A stretch of DNA of 64,000 bases from a virus. The translations under genes and the position numbers were made by a program. A model generated the notes under the pieces. It was not told the origin of the DNA. It saw only the letters and a program-made list of their open reading frames with translations, and made no database searches. The stretch spans positions 64,001 through 128,000 of the IMG/VR virus record IMGVR_UViG_3300042373_001362. One strand, written 5' to 3'. The first letter of the stretch is position 1; each line of letters begins with the position of its first letter. Shown piece after piece: positions 1 to 11,000 of the stretch.

Positions 1-2
1 CC

Positions 3-3000
3 GAAGCAGCTAAGAGAATAATTGCAGACCCAGATACAGAGTATTCAGCAGATACCGGATGGCCGGTAGATGCAGGAAGACTTCTTGATTTCATCGAAAT
101 TGAGAATCCTCTTGGTGGACGTCCAAGCACTCTTCGTGATAAAGACGACGCACAGCTTATTGCAAGGGTTTTGGGTATACCAGTATCGGATGCTCAGGAC
201 ATGCTTGACGGAAAGCCTGTATACATTGCCAGCTCAACTGCGGCTGACATGTTTGACAACCTTTCAAGAAGCAGAGAGTACACAGCAAGCGTTGGTGGAT
301 TAAACGACGTAGCGAGAGTTTGGGGATTTGATGGCGCTCCAAAGTGGGTGCGTCATAGCGATATTGCTACTCCAGAATTTGACCTCGACGAAAACGACAG
401 AGTTAACTGGTCGCAGGTTAAGTGGGATGGACTTTCGAGGGCTGACTTTGATGCAGCAGTAAGAAGAGGGAATAACCCACCAGAACCCGTATACACATCA
501 CCTGTTGAGTTTTTCAATAGTGATGCAATCGCCAGTAACCCCAAGTGGGACGCTCGTGGTGGCTCATTCAGAAACCCAACTGTGGATGCTGAGTTCACTG
601 CAACACCAAAGAAGGTTGCTAGAGCTGAACAGCTGGAGCCAGAAAGATTTGTTTCTCAGGCAAGAGCCGGAGAAAGGGTTGCACGCGCTGACAAAGATTT
701 CATGGATGAATGGACCAACGGAAGTCATGGAATTGGTGCAGCGCAGCTTATGCAAATGCTTGGATTGGAAAGAGATTCAGAAGGCGACCGCATAAGCAGC
801 CAAGACGTAAGAAAGCTTCTTGATGAAATAAACAAGATTAAAGAAGAAGCTGGAAGCGGACTTGTTCCTGCTGCAAAGAGGGAAGACGGAAAATTTAAAG
901 AATCACTTGAGCTGGACACAAAGAAGTCTCCAATCAATGATGAAATAATGCACGCCCTCATTGTTTCTGGAAGATTCAAGAACATGAAAGAAGCGGTTGC
1001 TTCTCTTGGTGACCCAAGACTTGATTCTCTTGCTGCAGAATATGACTCCCGCATGCTTGTAGATGCAGCATTTATAAGAATCAAAGACCATTTAAACAAG
1101 GTTGGAGCAGCAGACCAAAAGAAGATTCTTTCTAAGGTAATCACTGCCACCCTTGGTCGCAAGACAACACTTGAATCTCGCGTACAGGAAGGCAGAGCAT
1201 CAATCAAGGGTGTAATGAATTCAGACGCAATGATTGGCGATGAAAAGCTTTCCGAAGTAATTGGCATGGTCAACGAGGTTCTTGATGCAAGGGGTCTTGA
1301 GACAATCGACAAGGATGCATTGTTCCCAAGGGACGAGGCAGGCGGATTTGTGAACAACTTGAGTGCTTCGGCTCCAGGCGCAACGAGGCTTGCTTCTGGT
1401 CAGAGGTTTGTAGCCAGAACCGCATCAAGCAGAAGAGCTGATGCCGGAATGGATGCTGCAGCAAGAAGAGCAACAGATAGGCCAACGTTCTCAAGCGGTG
1501 CAAAGCCAGCATTTAGGGACCCAGACGGAAAACTGAACGCCACAAACATGAGAGATGCTGCATCCGAAGCAACAATTCCAGAAGGAACAATGATAAGAAA
1601 AACTCCTGGCCAAAATATAGAAGACTTTGAAAAAGCAGTTAAGACGAGGGCCGAAATAGCAGAAACCCTAAACATAGATACTTCAGCAATAAATGGCTTT
1701 ACTGTCTACGACGTTATAGACGAGCTTAAAAAGGCAGGAATACCTGAAGATACCGCAGAAGACCTTGTCGATAAGCTTGTAGAACTAGATTTCTATATTG
1801 ATGCAATCGAGGAGAGATTCTCTGAAGCCAGAGAAATCATGGATGAAGCTATTGAAGAAGCTGAAGATGCTATGGACAAGATTGCGAAGCTAAGAAAAGA
1901 GCGTGCCGACATTATTAATAGGTACGGCGAAGAAGATGGACAGCCACTGCTTGAGGTTGTTGATGAAAAAATTAGCAGAGCGACAAAAAAGCTTGACGAT
2001 GCCTACCAAAGAGGTATCGGCAATGAGGATGCAAGAATGGGAACTCTCTATTCTCAGGTTGACGAAATTCTGAGCAATAATCGTGGATGGAGAGAGTATT
2101 CGCCATCCCCATGGGGAGATAGTACAAATCAGAACCTTGCTGCTCTTGAATTAGCAATTGCAAAAGCTGGCGGAGTAAAGAAAGCCGTACCAGTTACGGG
2201 AATAGATTTCGGAGTTCCAGAAGGCACAAGGCTTTCTTCAGGAAAAGCAGAAGAGTATTACCAAAACCTCACAAGCCACTTGATAAACATGATTGAAAAA
2301 TCACAAAAAGAAGGCGGTAAGTGGGAAGCACCATGGCATAAGGCTGGAAACCTTCCAAGAAATGCTTCTACAAAGAATATGTATTCGGGTGGAAACATCT
2401 TTGCTCTTATGCTTGCAGCCGAAGAAAAGGGCTTCACAACCTCTCACTGGGGTGGATTCCAGCAGTGGAAGAAGCTTGGAGGAAGCGTAAAGAAGGGTGA
2501 AAAGGCAACCATCATCCTCATGCCAAAGCAGATGTTTGGTGAGGAAATCGACCCAGACACAGGGCAGAAGGTTAGAAAGTCAAAGGGCGTATATTTTACG
2601 ACCGCACATGTTTTCAACCTTGACCAAGTTGAGGGAATTGACCGCGATGAGTTCTTGAAGCTGCCGACAGATGCTCTGACACCAGAGCAGAGAGTCACAA
2701 AGCTTGAAGACGCAATCAAGGAAGTTGGTGCAACAATCAAGACCGGAGATGGAAGTAGGGCCTACTACTCTCCGCGTGAAGACCATGTTGTGATGCCTCC
2801 ATTCGAACTGTTCAAGTCCCCAGAGGGATACTACGGAACACTCGCCCATGAGCTTGTTCACTGGACAGGGCATTCGTCAAGACTTGACAGAAAGAACATG
2901 AACCAGTTTGGTTCTCCTGACTATGCAAGAGAAGAGCTTATTGCTGAATTTGGCTCAGCTTTCCTGTTGGCAATGTTTGGTCTTTCTGCAGAACCAAGAG

Positions 3001-3374
3001 AAGACCATGCCCATTACTTGGCAAACTGGTTGCAGGTTCTTCGCGATGAGCCAAATGCTCTACAGGAAGCAGCAACGAAAGCTCAAGAAGCATCAAAAAT
3101 GCTTATCGACAAGATGAAGGCAGTTCTGGAAGAGATGGGCGAAACCGCATCTACTGCTGAGTCGACGGTAGAAGAAAAGAATGCAAATATTTTTACAGAC
3201 CCGCTTTACGGAATAAAGAATGGACTTGTTGAGTGGAGCAAAAACATTGAGAACGCTCCATATTTCATCAAATCCTTGACAGACCCTGATGAGAAATACG
3301 GAAATGTAAATAGAAGATGGGAAAGAATTGCGGAAGCAGCGCTATTCCTGAACGGAATAAACAACAAAATCTAG
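3..3374 (+). CDS. Large polyvalent (probably virion) protein, 5' partial; C-terminal ArdC-type antirestriction module (ssDNA-binding domain plus zincin-like domain)
   Basis: The frame is open from nt 3. The C-terminal ~300 aa carry ArdC hallmarks: WEAPW..PRN..T..YSGGN, WGGFQQWKKLGGSVKKGEKA, VFNLDQ, AYYSP..D.V.MP, HELVHWTGH.SRLDR, YAREELIAE. The module starts right after an RLSSG motif. Confidence 0.85.
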   Translation, partial: EAAKRIIADPDTEYSADTGWPVDAGRLLDFIEIENPLGGRPSTLRDKDDAQLIARVLGIPVSDAQDMLDGKPVYIASSTAADMFDNLSRSREYTASVGGLNDVARVWGFDGAPKWVRHSDIATPEFDLDENDRVNWSQVKWDGLSRADFDAAVRRGNNPPEPVYTSPVEFFNSDAIASNPKWDARGGSFRNPTVDAEFTATPKKVARAEQLEPERFVSQARAGERVARADKDFMDEWTNGSHGIGAAQLMQMLGLERDSEGDRISSQDVRKLLDEINKIKEEAGSGLVPAAKREDGKFKESLELDTKKSPINDEIMHALIVSGRFKNMKEAVASLGDPRLDSLAAEYDSRMLVDAAFIRIKDHLNKVGAADQKKILSKVITATLGRKTTLESRVQEGRASIKGVMNSDAMIGDEKLSEVIGMVNEVLDARGLETIDKDALFPRDEAGGFVNNLSASAPGATRLASGQRFVARTASSRRADAGMDAAARRATDRPTFSSGAKPAFRDPDGKLNATNMRDAASEATIPEGTMIRKTPGQNIEDFEKAVKTRAEIAETLNIDTSAINGFTVYDVIDELKKAGIPEDTAEDLVDKLVELDFYIDAIEERFSEAREIMDEAIEEAEDAMDKIAKLRKERADIINRYGEEDGQPLLEVVDEKISRATKKLDDAYQRGIGNEDARMGTLYSQVDEILSNNRGWREYSPSPWGDSTNQNLAALELAIAKAGGVKKAVPVTGIDFGVPEGTRLSSGKAEEYYQNLTSHLINMIEKSQKEGGKWEAPWHKAGNLPRNASTKNMYSGGNIFALMLAAEEKGFTTSHWGGFQQWKKLGGSVKKGEKATIILMPKQMFGEEIDPDTGQKVRKSKGVYFTTAHVFNLDQVEGIDRDEFLKLPTDALTPEQRVTKLEDAIKEVGATIKTGDGSRAYYSPREDHVVMPPFELFKSPEGYYGTLAHELVHWTGHSSRLDRKNMNQFGSPDYAREELIAEFGSAFLLAMFGLSAEPREDHAHYLANWLQVLRDEPNALQEAATKAQEASKMLIDKMKAVLEEMGETASTAESTVEEKNANIFTDPLYGIKNGLVEWSKNIENAPYFIKSLTDPDEKYGNVNRRWERIAEAALFLNGINNKI

Positions 3375-3465
3375 GAATAGTAATCAGTACATACACCGCA
3401 ATACTTACTCGAATGATACGTTTAGAGTATAATTTACGGTACTTACCAATTAGGAGTCATCTTTT

Positions 3466-5016
3466 ATGAACGATGAAATGAACATGAGCCTCAGCGTCAC
3501 AGGAGATGGCGAAGTTCTGAAGTGCGCAAAAATGGGCGCTGACGTCTCTGGCTGCGGGTACACGCCTGGTTCAAAGCTTTGTGCCAAATGTGGTGCGATG
3601 CCAACTCAGGTAAAAATCGTTCCCGTTGACGAACCAGAAGACGAGATGGAAGACGAGATGGAAGACGACGACCGTGCAATGCCTGCTCCAAGAATGGGCA
3701 ACAAGCCTGCGCCAGTCGCCATGGAAGACGCTGGCATGGAGCCAGAAGAGCTTGAAGTCGAAGACGAAGAAGACGAAGAGTCCATGGATGAAGAAAAAAC
3801 AGCTTATTACAAGAAGTATGGCTATGACCGCTACGTCAAGAAGTATGGCAAGAAGCCATGGATGATGGACGGAGAAGGTCCTGACGAAGAAGAGGATATG
3901 AGTGACGAAGAAAAGGCTCTCCTCTGGGCTCTCAACAAGAAGCGCAAGGCTCGTGGTCTGACGGCAACCCAAAACGGCATGGACGTAAAGGGTATGGGCG
4001 AAGAGTATTACGAAGAAGAAGACGAAGAAGACGAAGAAGAAATGTCTGAGGACATGCCAGAAGACGACGAAGTCGAAAAAATGGCAATGCTCGAAAGAAT
4101 GCGCAAGAAGCGCATTAAGTCACTGGGCATCACACCAGAGGCTGTAGGTCCTCGCGGCTATCTTTGCGCCATCGAAAGAAAGGCATACCCAGGTGGAGCG
4201 TCTGTTTGTGACGACTGCCCAGGCGGATGTGTTTCAGAAAAGGGACTTCCTGGCTTGCTTCATGTCGAAGGTCTTGCTGAGCAGATGTTTAAGGGAACAG
4301 TTCTTGACTCCGGATACTCAGCAAAAGCAGACATGTACGTCATTGATATCCAAACAAAAACTGGCGCAGTAAACGAAGTCTTCGTTGACGGAACAACTGC
4401 AGAGGTCATGGGTTTCCACAGGCTTGACAACTCCGTATTTGAGCAGAAGTCGGCACAAGACAGCATGCAGATGATTCAGTTCTATGAAGCAGCAGACATT
4501 GCTGTTAAGTCAATTGACGGCCACGTAATTGGTGTTGAGCCAGATTCTTTTGAAGGAATCGATGCATACGCAGTAGAAATTGATGGCTTCGACGGTAAGT
4601 CATATGACGTCTTTGTTTCTCTTGATGGCGAAGTTCTGGGCTACGATAAGTACGAGATGGACGAAGCAGAAGAGATTGAAGCAGAAGCTGCAGAAATTGC
4701 TCTGAAGCGTGCGTTCACTGAAGACCAGCGCACATCGATGGCTAAGGAAGGAACAGCAATGCCAGATGGTTCGTTCCCAATCAAGAACGAATCAGACTTG
4801 CGTAATGCAATCCAGGCCTACGGTCGTGCAAAGGACAAAGAAGCCGCAAAGCGCCACATCATGAAGCGTGCGAAAGAAATGGGCAAAGAGAACCTGATTC
4901 CTTCAAACTGGGTAATGGGTGGCGGAACCGAAAAGAAGAGTGACGTTGTTGACGCAAGTTTGATGGCTTCTCTTATCGAATTCGAGCTTCTTCAAGCCGA
5001 AACAGAAATCAACTAG
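3466..5016 (+). CDS. Acidic head-associated protein with Cys clusters, PepSY-like repeats and a C-terminal AMPDGSFPI...LRNAIQAYGRA domain
   Basis: 516 aa ORF with an SD (AGGAG). The C-terminal motif is typical of small domains fused to phage head/prohead proteins. Confidence 0.6.
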   Translation: MNDEMNMSLSVTGDGEVLKCAKMGADVSGCGYTPGSKLCAKCGAMPTQVKIVPVDEPEDEMEDEMEDDDRAMPAPRMGNKPAPVAMEDAGMEPEELEVEDEEDEESMDEEKTAYYKKYGYDRYVKKYGKKPWMMDGEGPDEEEDMSDEEKALLWALNKKRKARGLTATQNGMDVKGMGEEYYEEEDEEDEEEMSEDMPEDDEVEKMAMLERMRKKRIKSLGITPEAVGPRGYLCAIERKAYPGGASVCDDCPGGCVSEKGLPGLLHVEGLAEQMFKGTVLDSGYSAKADMYVIDIQTKTGAVNEVFVDGTTAEVMGFHRLDNSVFEQKSAQDSMQMIQFYEAADIAVKSIDGHVIGVEPDSFEGIDAYAVEIDGFDGKSYDVFVSLDGEVLGYDKYEMDEAEEIEAEAAEIALKRAFTEDQRTSMAKEGTAMPDGSFPIKNESDLRNAIQAYGRAKDKEAAKRHIMKRAKEMGKENLIPSNWVMGGGTEKKSDVVDASLMASLIEFELLQAETEIN

Positions 5017-5033
5017 AGCAAGGACTACCCGAC

Positions 5034-8000
5034 ATGACGGGTACGTTTAAAACGAAAACAAGATTTTATACCTCTTCGCAATTTGTGACCCCTATTTCAG
5101 GGCGCAAGCATTTCGTTGACTCCGCTATTGATTTCAGGCGAGGCCTTATTGAGAACTCATCAATGGCCGTTCTTAATGCCGATATCGCTGTTAAGGCTGC
5201 AATGGGAGCAGGGCTCTCTTCGTCTTCTGCTTCTGTCGGTCAAAAAGCACAGGGCGGCACATCTCCCGATTCTGACGGCAAAAAGCGCGTCAACAAAGGT
5301 GGCGTTCCTGGAATGGAAGAAGACGCCAACGGCTATAGGTACATGCCTGAAGCAACATGGGGTCCAGATAAGGTCCTAAATCTTTTTCCATCTCAAGAGA
5401 ATAGACAGTCAACAGACAGAACTCCAAACTTTGGATTCATCGACAAGGGTCCAGTCATCACTCCAGAACAATACGTTCAAAAAATGGAGAACGAACCACG
5501 AATCAGGATGTCCAAATACAAAATCAACTCTAGAACTGGTGAGCCTATAGAGGACACTGAAGTTGAATTTGACCGAATGAGATTCGGAAAAACTTTTGAT
5601 ATCAATCCAGATGTATCTGATGAAATATCTGAATCAGTTTCAGAAGAAATACAGGAAAAAAGTTTAGGAAGAAGTCTTAAAGAAAGAATGCCCGGCGGAA
5701 GCCTTATCGGAAGAGCTGCTGCTCGATTTGGCGTAATTATGGATGAACTTGGGAAGATGAGATGTCCTCCAGGAACTCCAGCCGCAAACCAATTTACCGA
5801 CATGACGGGTTCAAACTGTTTTGGCACATCGCCAGGAACGTTGATATCCGAAGCAATAAACCTTGCTCAAAACCTTGTTCCAGAAGACGATTCAAGACGT
5901 TCCTCTCGCCTCACAAGAGGCATTGTGAATCTTATGTTCGACTTAGAAAACGGTTTGTTTGGCAACAACGTCTGGTATCACGCAGACGGAACAAGAATGA
6001 AGCACGGCGAGTGGCGCAAGTTTCGCGAAGCTGGTGGTGTAGCAAAAAATGAACGCTGGATGGTCAATGGTGTTGAGAGAGTACTTGCCGAATTGGACTC
6101 TCAAGATGCACGAATGGAAGACCTTTATAGCAAGCTTGGCATAGACGTAAGCGATGTCAGAAAAGCAACAAACGAAGATGTATTTGAAGCTTTTCAAAAA
6201 CTCAAAGATTCAGGTGTAATTAGAGCTCAGCTTAGGGGTAGGCCATCGGCGGCTCAAGTTGAGGCGATGATGACTGCTCGCTTGCAAAACATGGACGCCC
6301 ACTGGATAGCAAGAAGCGCTGAAGAAAGAAAAATACTACTTGATATCGAGGTTAAGCGGTATAGGGAGCTAGAGAGAGCCCACATGGAGGCTTTTCTAGA
6401 TGAGGTTATTAAAAACCCAGAGCACATGAAAACTATCGGTGACGTCACTTTTAACCCAGCCGGAAGAGACCGCGCATCGTTTGGGATATCTAGGATAGGC
6501 CCAGATGGCAAGCCAGTTGGCTCTATAAATATAGACATACCGATGTCGCTCAAGTTTCAGGACTCAATGTTGCCAAATCTTTCTCCAGATGAGAGGCTAC
6601 GCATTTGGGCCGAAGGTGGACAGTCTGAAGTTTTGAGAGCAATGGCTGTTAAAGATTTCCTTGTTAATTCTAACTCTCATGCTGGACAGATGATAGCGAT
6701 GGTTGATGGTGGTCGTGGCCTTGGTCGACACGACATGAAACACGAAATAGCCCACTCAATCCAAGCCGTTGCGATATTCAACCATATGAAGAGAGAGCTA
6801 GACGCACGTGGCTCGCTCGTTATAGACAATGGAGAAAACAAAGCGCCCACCGTAATAACGGACGTAAGTCAACTTAACTCTGACATGCTTATGGCGTTGA
6901 TGGCTAGAGAAAACTTTATGGGCATTGACCTCAACTCACTAAAAGACCTCAGGTCTAGAGGTGACGTTGTTGCTTTTCTCGCTGGAAAATATATTGACGA
7001 AGTGCAGGCTCAATACGGAGGCATGAGAAGAGCGGCAGAAATAGGTGCAGAATTATGGTCACTCCGCAGTTCTGGTTTAATTTATGGCGATGACGTTGAT
7101 GCGGCTCTTGAATATATGGATGATGTTGCTTCTGGGGCGATTACAATTGATAGGACAGTTTCGGACGAAATTTTAAACAGAAGAGTTTATGAAGAATACC
7201 TCGATGGCTCCCGAAGGATACGCGAAGCCAGGGAGGAATCCGAGAGGCTCGCTGAAGAGGCTGAAGACGGGGAGTTTTTTGACGCGGAAGGAAGGGCGTC
7301 TGCCGAAAGGCTTTCTGCTGCCAGAGAAGCATACGCAGCAGAAAAACGCGCAGAAGTAAAAGAAGTAAAAGAAGCAGCAAAAACAATGTCTGAAGAAGAC
7401 ATGATTGACTTCCTCGCCGATGCGACAGAATCTTCTGATGTTCTGACAGAAATGCTTGATTCAGTAGAAGAAGCAGGTGAGGAACCTGACTGGATGTCTG
7501 TCATGGACAGAGACACTCTAGATGCAATGTCAAAAGCGGTTGTTGATGAATGGGTAAAAAGGTTTACCGTAAGAAGAAGCCCTGAGGCTATGGAAAAGCT
7601 TCAGAAAATGATTGACGACAAGCGTGAATCAAAAGGAACACTTTCTCCAGAAAAGGTTGAAGAGCGAAGATTTAGACAGTTCATGGAAGGTGCTGCTGAG
7701 CGGGCACAAGAAATGGGCCTAGAAGACCTTGTTCAGGCATACTCTGACTGGGAAGAGCTCGCTACTGGAGAAGGCGTTGATGGCGTCGACAGGGCACGCA
7801 GAAAAGAAATGCGTGATATGTACAGGGACGAGTACATAAAGAGAAGAACAGAAGGTCCTGACTCTGTTTCCAAAGAAGACGCACGCAAAGAATTCAACTC
7901 AAAGTTTAAGACACTTCGCAAGCCAAAGACAACGGCTGCTCGCGAAAGAGAAAAAAGAGCAAATCCGAAGAAGTTTAAAACTCATAACGGTAAAGATGGA

Positions 8001-11000
8001 GCACGAACTTTTGCTACCGCAGAAAGAGAAAGACTTCTCGAAGGTGCAACAACAGAAGAAAAAATTGCTCTTGTCGAAATGGGAAGCGGTGAAACTGACG
8101 TAATCAACATGATGAATGGCAGTTCCGAAGGAATGGCATCTGCTAGAGCTATCCAGAGAAGAAACACCAGACTTAAGAAAAATGGAGTTCTTCCTGATGA
8201 ATTAAATCATCATGAGGCGTCAATAGAAGAACAGGTAGAAAACTTCTACATACCACTTCTTGAATTGATGGACAAGTCCTCCCTGTCTCAAACTGTAGAA
8301 ATGCACATCGACAGCAATGATGATGCTATGAAGTACGTGGAAGACCTTCTTAATGGCGGAAGTCCAGAATTCACTGTCGGTATTGGAACCGGAACACTGG
8401 TTACAAGCAATACAGACTTTTCAGACGGCAAAAAGATAGTTATCCGCGTCCCAGAGGGAAGTAGGGCTGTTTTCCCGGACTGGTCTTTTTATTCTGACTC
8501 CGACAACGGTGAGCAGAAAATGATGATTCCACCGTCAAAGTTTCACCTTGTTGAAATTCGGGATGACGGAACAGTCGTTCTTGAGGTTGGAGAACAAAAA
8601 GGAACCGAAGAAGTTCTCAAAGATGCGATAGAGGAGATATCCCCTAGCGCTGGTGACAGTGACTTTGCATACAGAGAAGGCCTCAAGAAGAAGGTTGGCA
8701 GGGTAGTCGACAAGAGAATTGCGGAGCGTCGCAGACAGGGTATGTTTGACCCAGAAAAGCGTTCTCCAGTTGAAGAAGAAAGATTCTCTGCTAGTGCAGA
8801 CAACGCTGCTGCTGCTGCCGGTTTTGAACCAGACCTTCCACCAAGGCCAACCACTCCACCGCCAACAGGCGATTCACCCAACAAGCAGAGAGGAGTGAAA
8901 AGAAGACAGGCTTCAGCTGCGATTGACCGCGTAGTAAATCCAAACAATAGAACTGAAGACTCATGGCAGAAGGAAAGAAGAGCTAGACAAGAGCTGGATG
9001 CAATACACGCATACATAACCGGTGAAGGCGCATATCAAAATAGAACCAATCGAGTCGGTCGTAAAATAGCTCAAATGATGGAAGAAGCCTTCGGCACATC
9101 AAACATAAACGAACTAACCGAAGACCAAAAGTACGACTTAATTGATTTAATTTCTCAAAGATTAGATGCCAAGCTAAGAATAGACAACAACGGCTCTTAT
9201 GACGACAGAAGAAGCTTATCGCAATTCAAAAGCAGAATTCAAGACCACATTGACATTTCAAAAATGCTTGATTCAAATGACTTTAGCGACCCATATGGCA
9301 GCGATGGCTATGACATCGATTGGTCATCAATAGACACAACGCCTGATAGGCCTGAAAGATTCTCTTCCGGAGCCAAATGGGGGCAGATGCCTTCTAGCAA
9401 CGAACAAATAGATGGTCTTCTTGATGCATCAAACAATGATGGATTTAATGAGATTTATGGTTCACCACAAACTCGTGAAGAGCGAATTGCTCAGATGGTT
9501 GAAATGCAATCCGAAGTTCTCACTTCATTGAGAGAAATGATTGACAATGTTCCCGGCTCTGGAGACGAATTAGGACTTGAAGCCTCAAGCATTGACCCAG
9601 TAATCATGGACCTCATCAAGAACTCATCCGACGAAGAGATATATCAGATTATTTCAAAGGCCGCTATGGACTTGCATCAAAGTTTTGACTCACGACCACG
9701 TGTACGAATGAGACAAGATGAGCTTGATAACTTCCTGAAGACTGGAAGATACGGAAGAGAGTCTTCTTTTGATACCGATGCCAATAGATTTTCTTCAGGC
9801 AGGATAAGCAAAGGCATCAGGGCTAGAGCCAAAGATAAAGCAATAGAAATGATTGCTGAAAGAATTGGCAAAGATGAGGACTCACGTGAAATAGCAGAGA
9901 TGGTCCTAGACACTGTTTCTGCTCTTAAGTACGGCCCAGAAGCCGCCCTGACGCGCTTGGCGATAGACCTCGGAAGACGAGGAAGCCGAGATATTGCTGA
10001 AAGAACATTAGAAGAACTTGTTAGTAGAGGGAAACTCACAGACGAGCAAGCGAAATCTATATTGTCAAAAATGGACAGGTTTGCCCCAGACGGTCTTCCA
10101 GAACCAATCAAGAGAGGCGTCGGTTCGGCTGTTCGTGCCGCAGCAGACGCAATCGATACTCCAGAGAACAGAGAAAGACTGGACAGGGCTCGTGAAGCAG
10201 CAGGAGAAGCTGCAGGCAGAGCCAGGGAAGCTGTCGGTGAAGGTGCAAGAAACGTAGCCGAACGAGGTCGTGAGAGACTTAGAAGACTTAGGGAAAGAGA
10301 CGACAGAGGCGAAATTCCATCTTCTCCAGAAGATGTTCCATTTGGCGACTTTGACCCAGCGGATACAATTTTTTCAAGCGGCAGAAGACTCGACAGAAGA
10401 GTTGCTAGCTCGGAAGCTGGCCGTGAAAGAATCATGGATGGGGCAAAGAAGACCAGAACAAGATTCAGCAGCGGAGAGACGCCAGAACTTAAAGAGCCAA
10501 AGAAGCCAAGCAGGCCACGAGAGCCAGATAATGGCCCCATGACTGGAAAGTTCATCGACATCTTCAAGGGTGTTAAGTCATATAAAGAGATGCTCGATAG
10601 ATACAACGAGCAAGAAGTTATCTTCTTTGACTACGAGACAACTGGCTTTGACCCCAAAGTTGAAAGACCCGTTCAAATTGGTGCAGTAAAGATGAAGGGC
10701 GGAAAAGTTGTTGAAAGGTTCAATATCTTCGTAAACCCAGAAAAAGAACTTAGCGATTGGTCAAAAGCAAACCTCGTAGATGCTGACGGTAATCCACTAA
10801 CAAACGATTGGCTAAATAATCAGCCATCAATAGCAGAAGCACACCAACAACTTATTGATTTCTTTGGGCCTGATGCACTTCTTGGTGGACAGTTCACCCC
10901 GTTTGACCTTGGGTTCCTTGAAGAGTCACTCAAGAATGCCGGAATAGAATGGACTCCTGCTGGCGTTATTGACAGCAAGGCGCTTGCAGACGAGCTACTT

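Noticed and set aside
9677-10606. Long antisense ORFs within the giant genes (e.g. 725-1357, 9677-10606, 55096-55704)
   Set aside because: They are Ser/Leu-rich shadows of the sense-strand codon pattern, fully overlapping well-supported genes.
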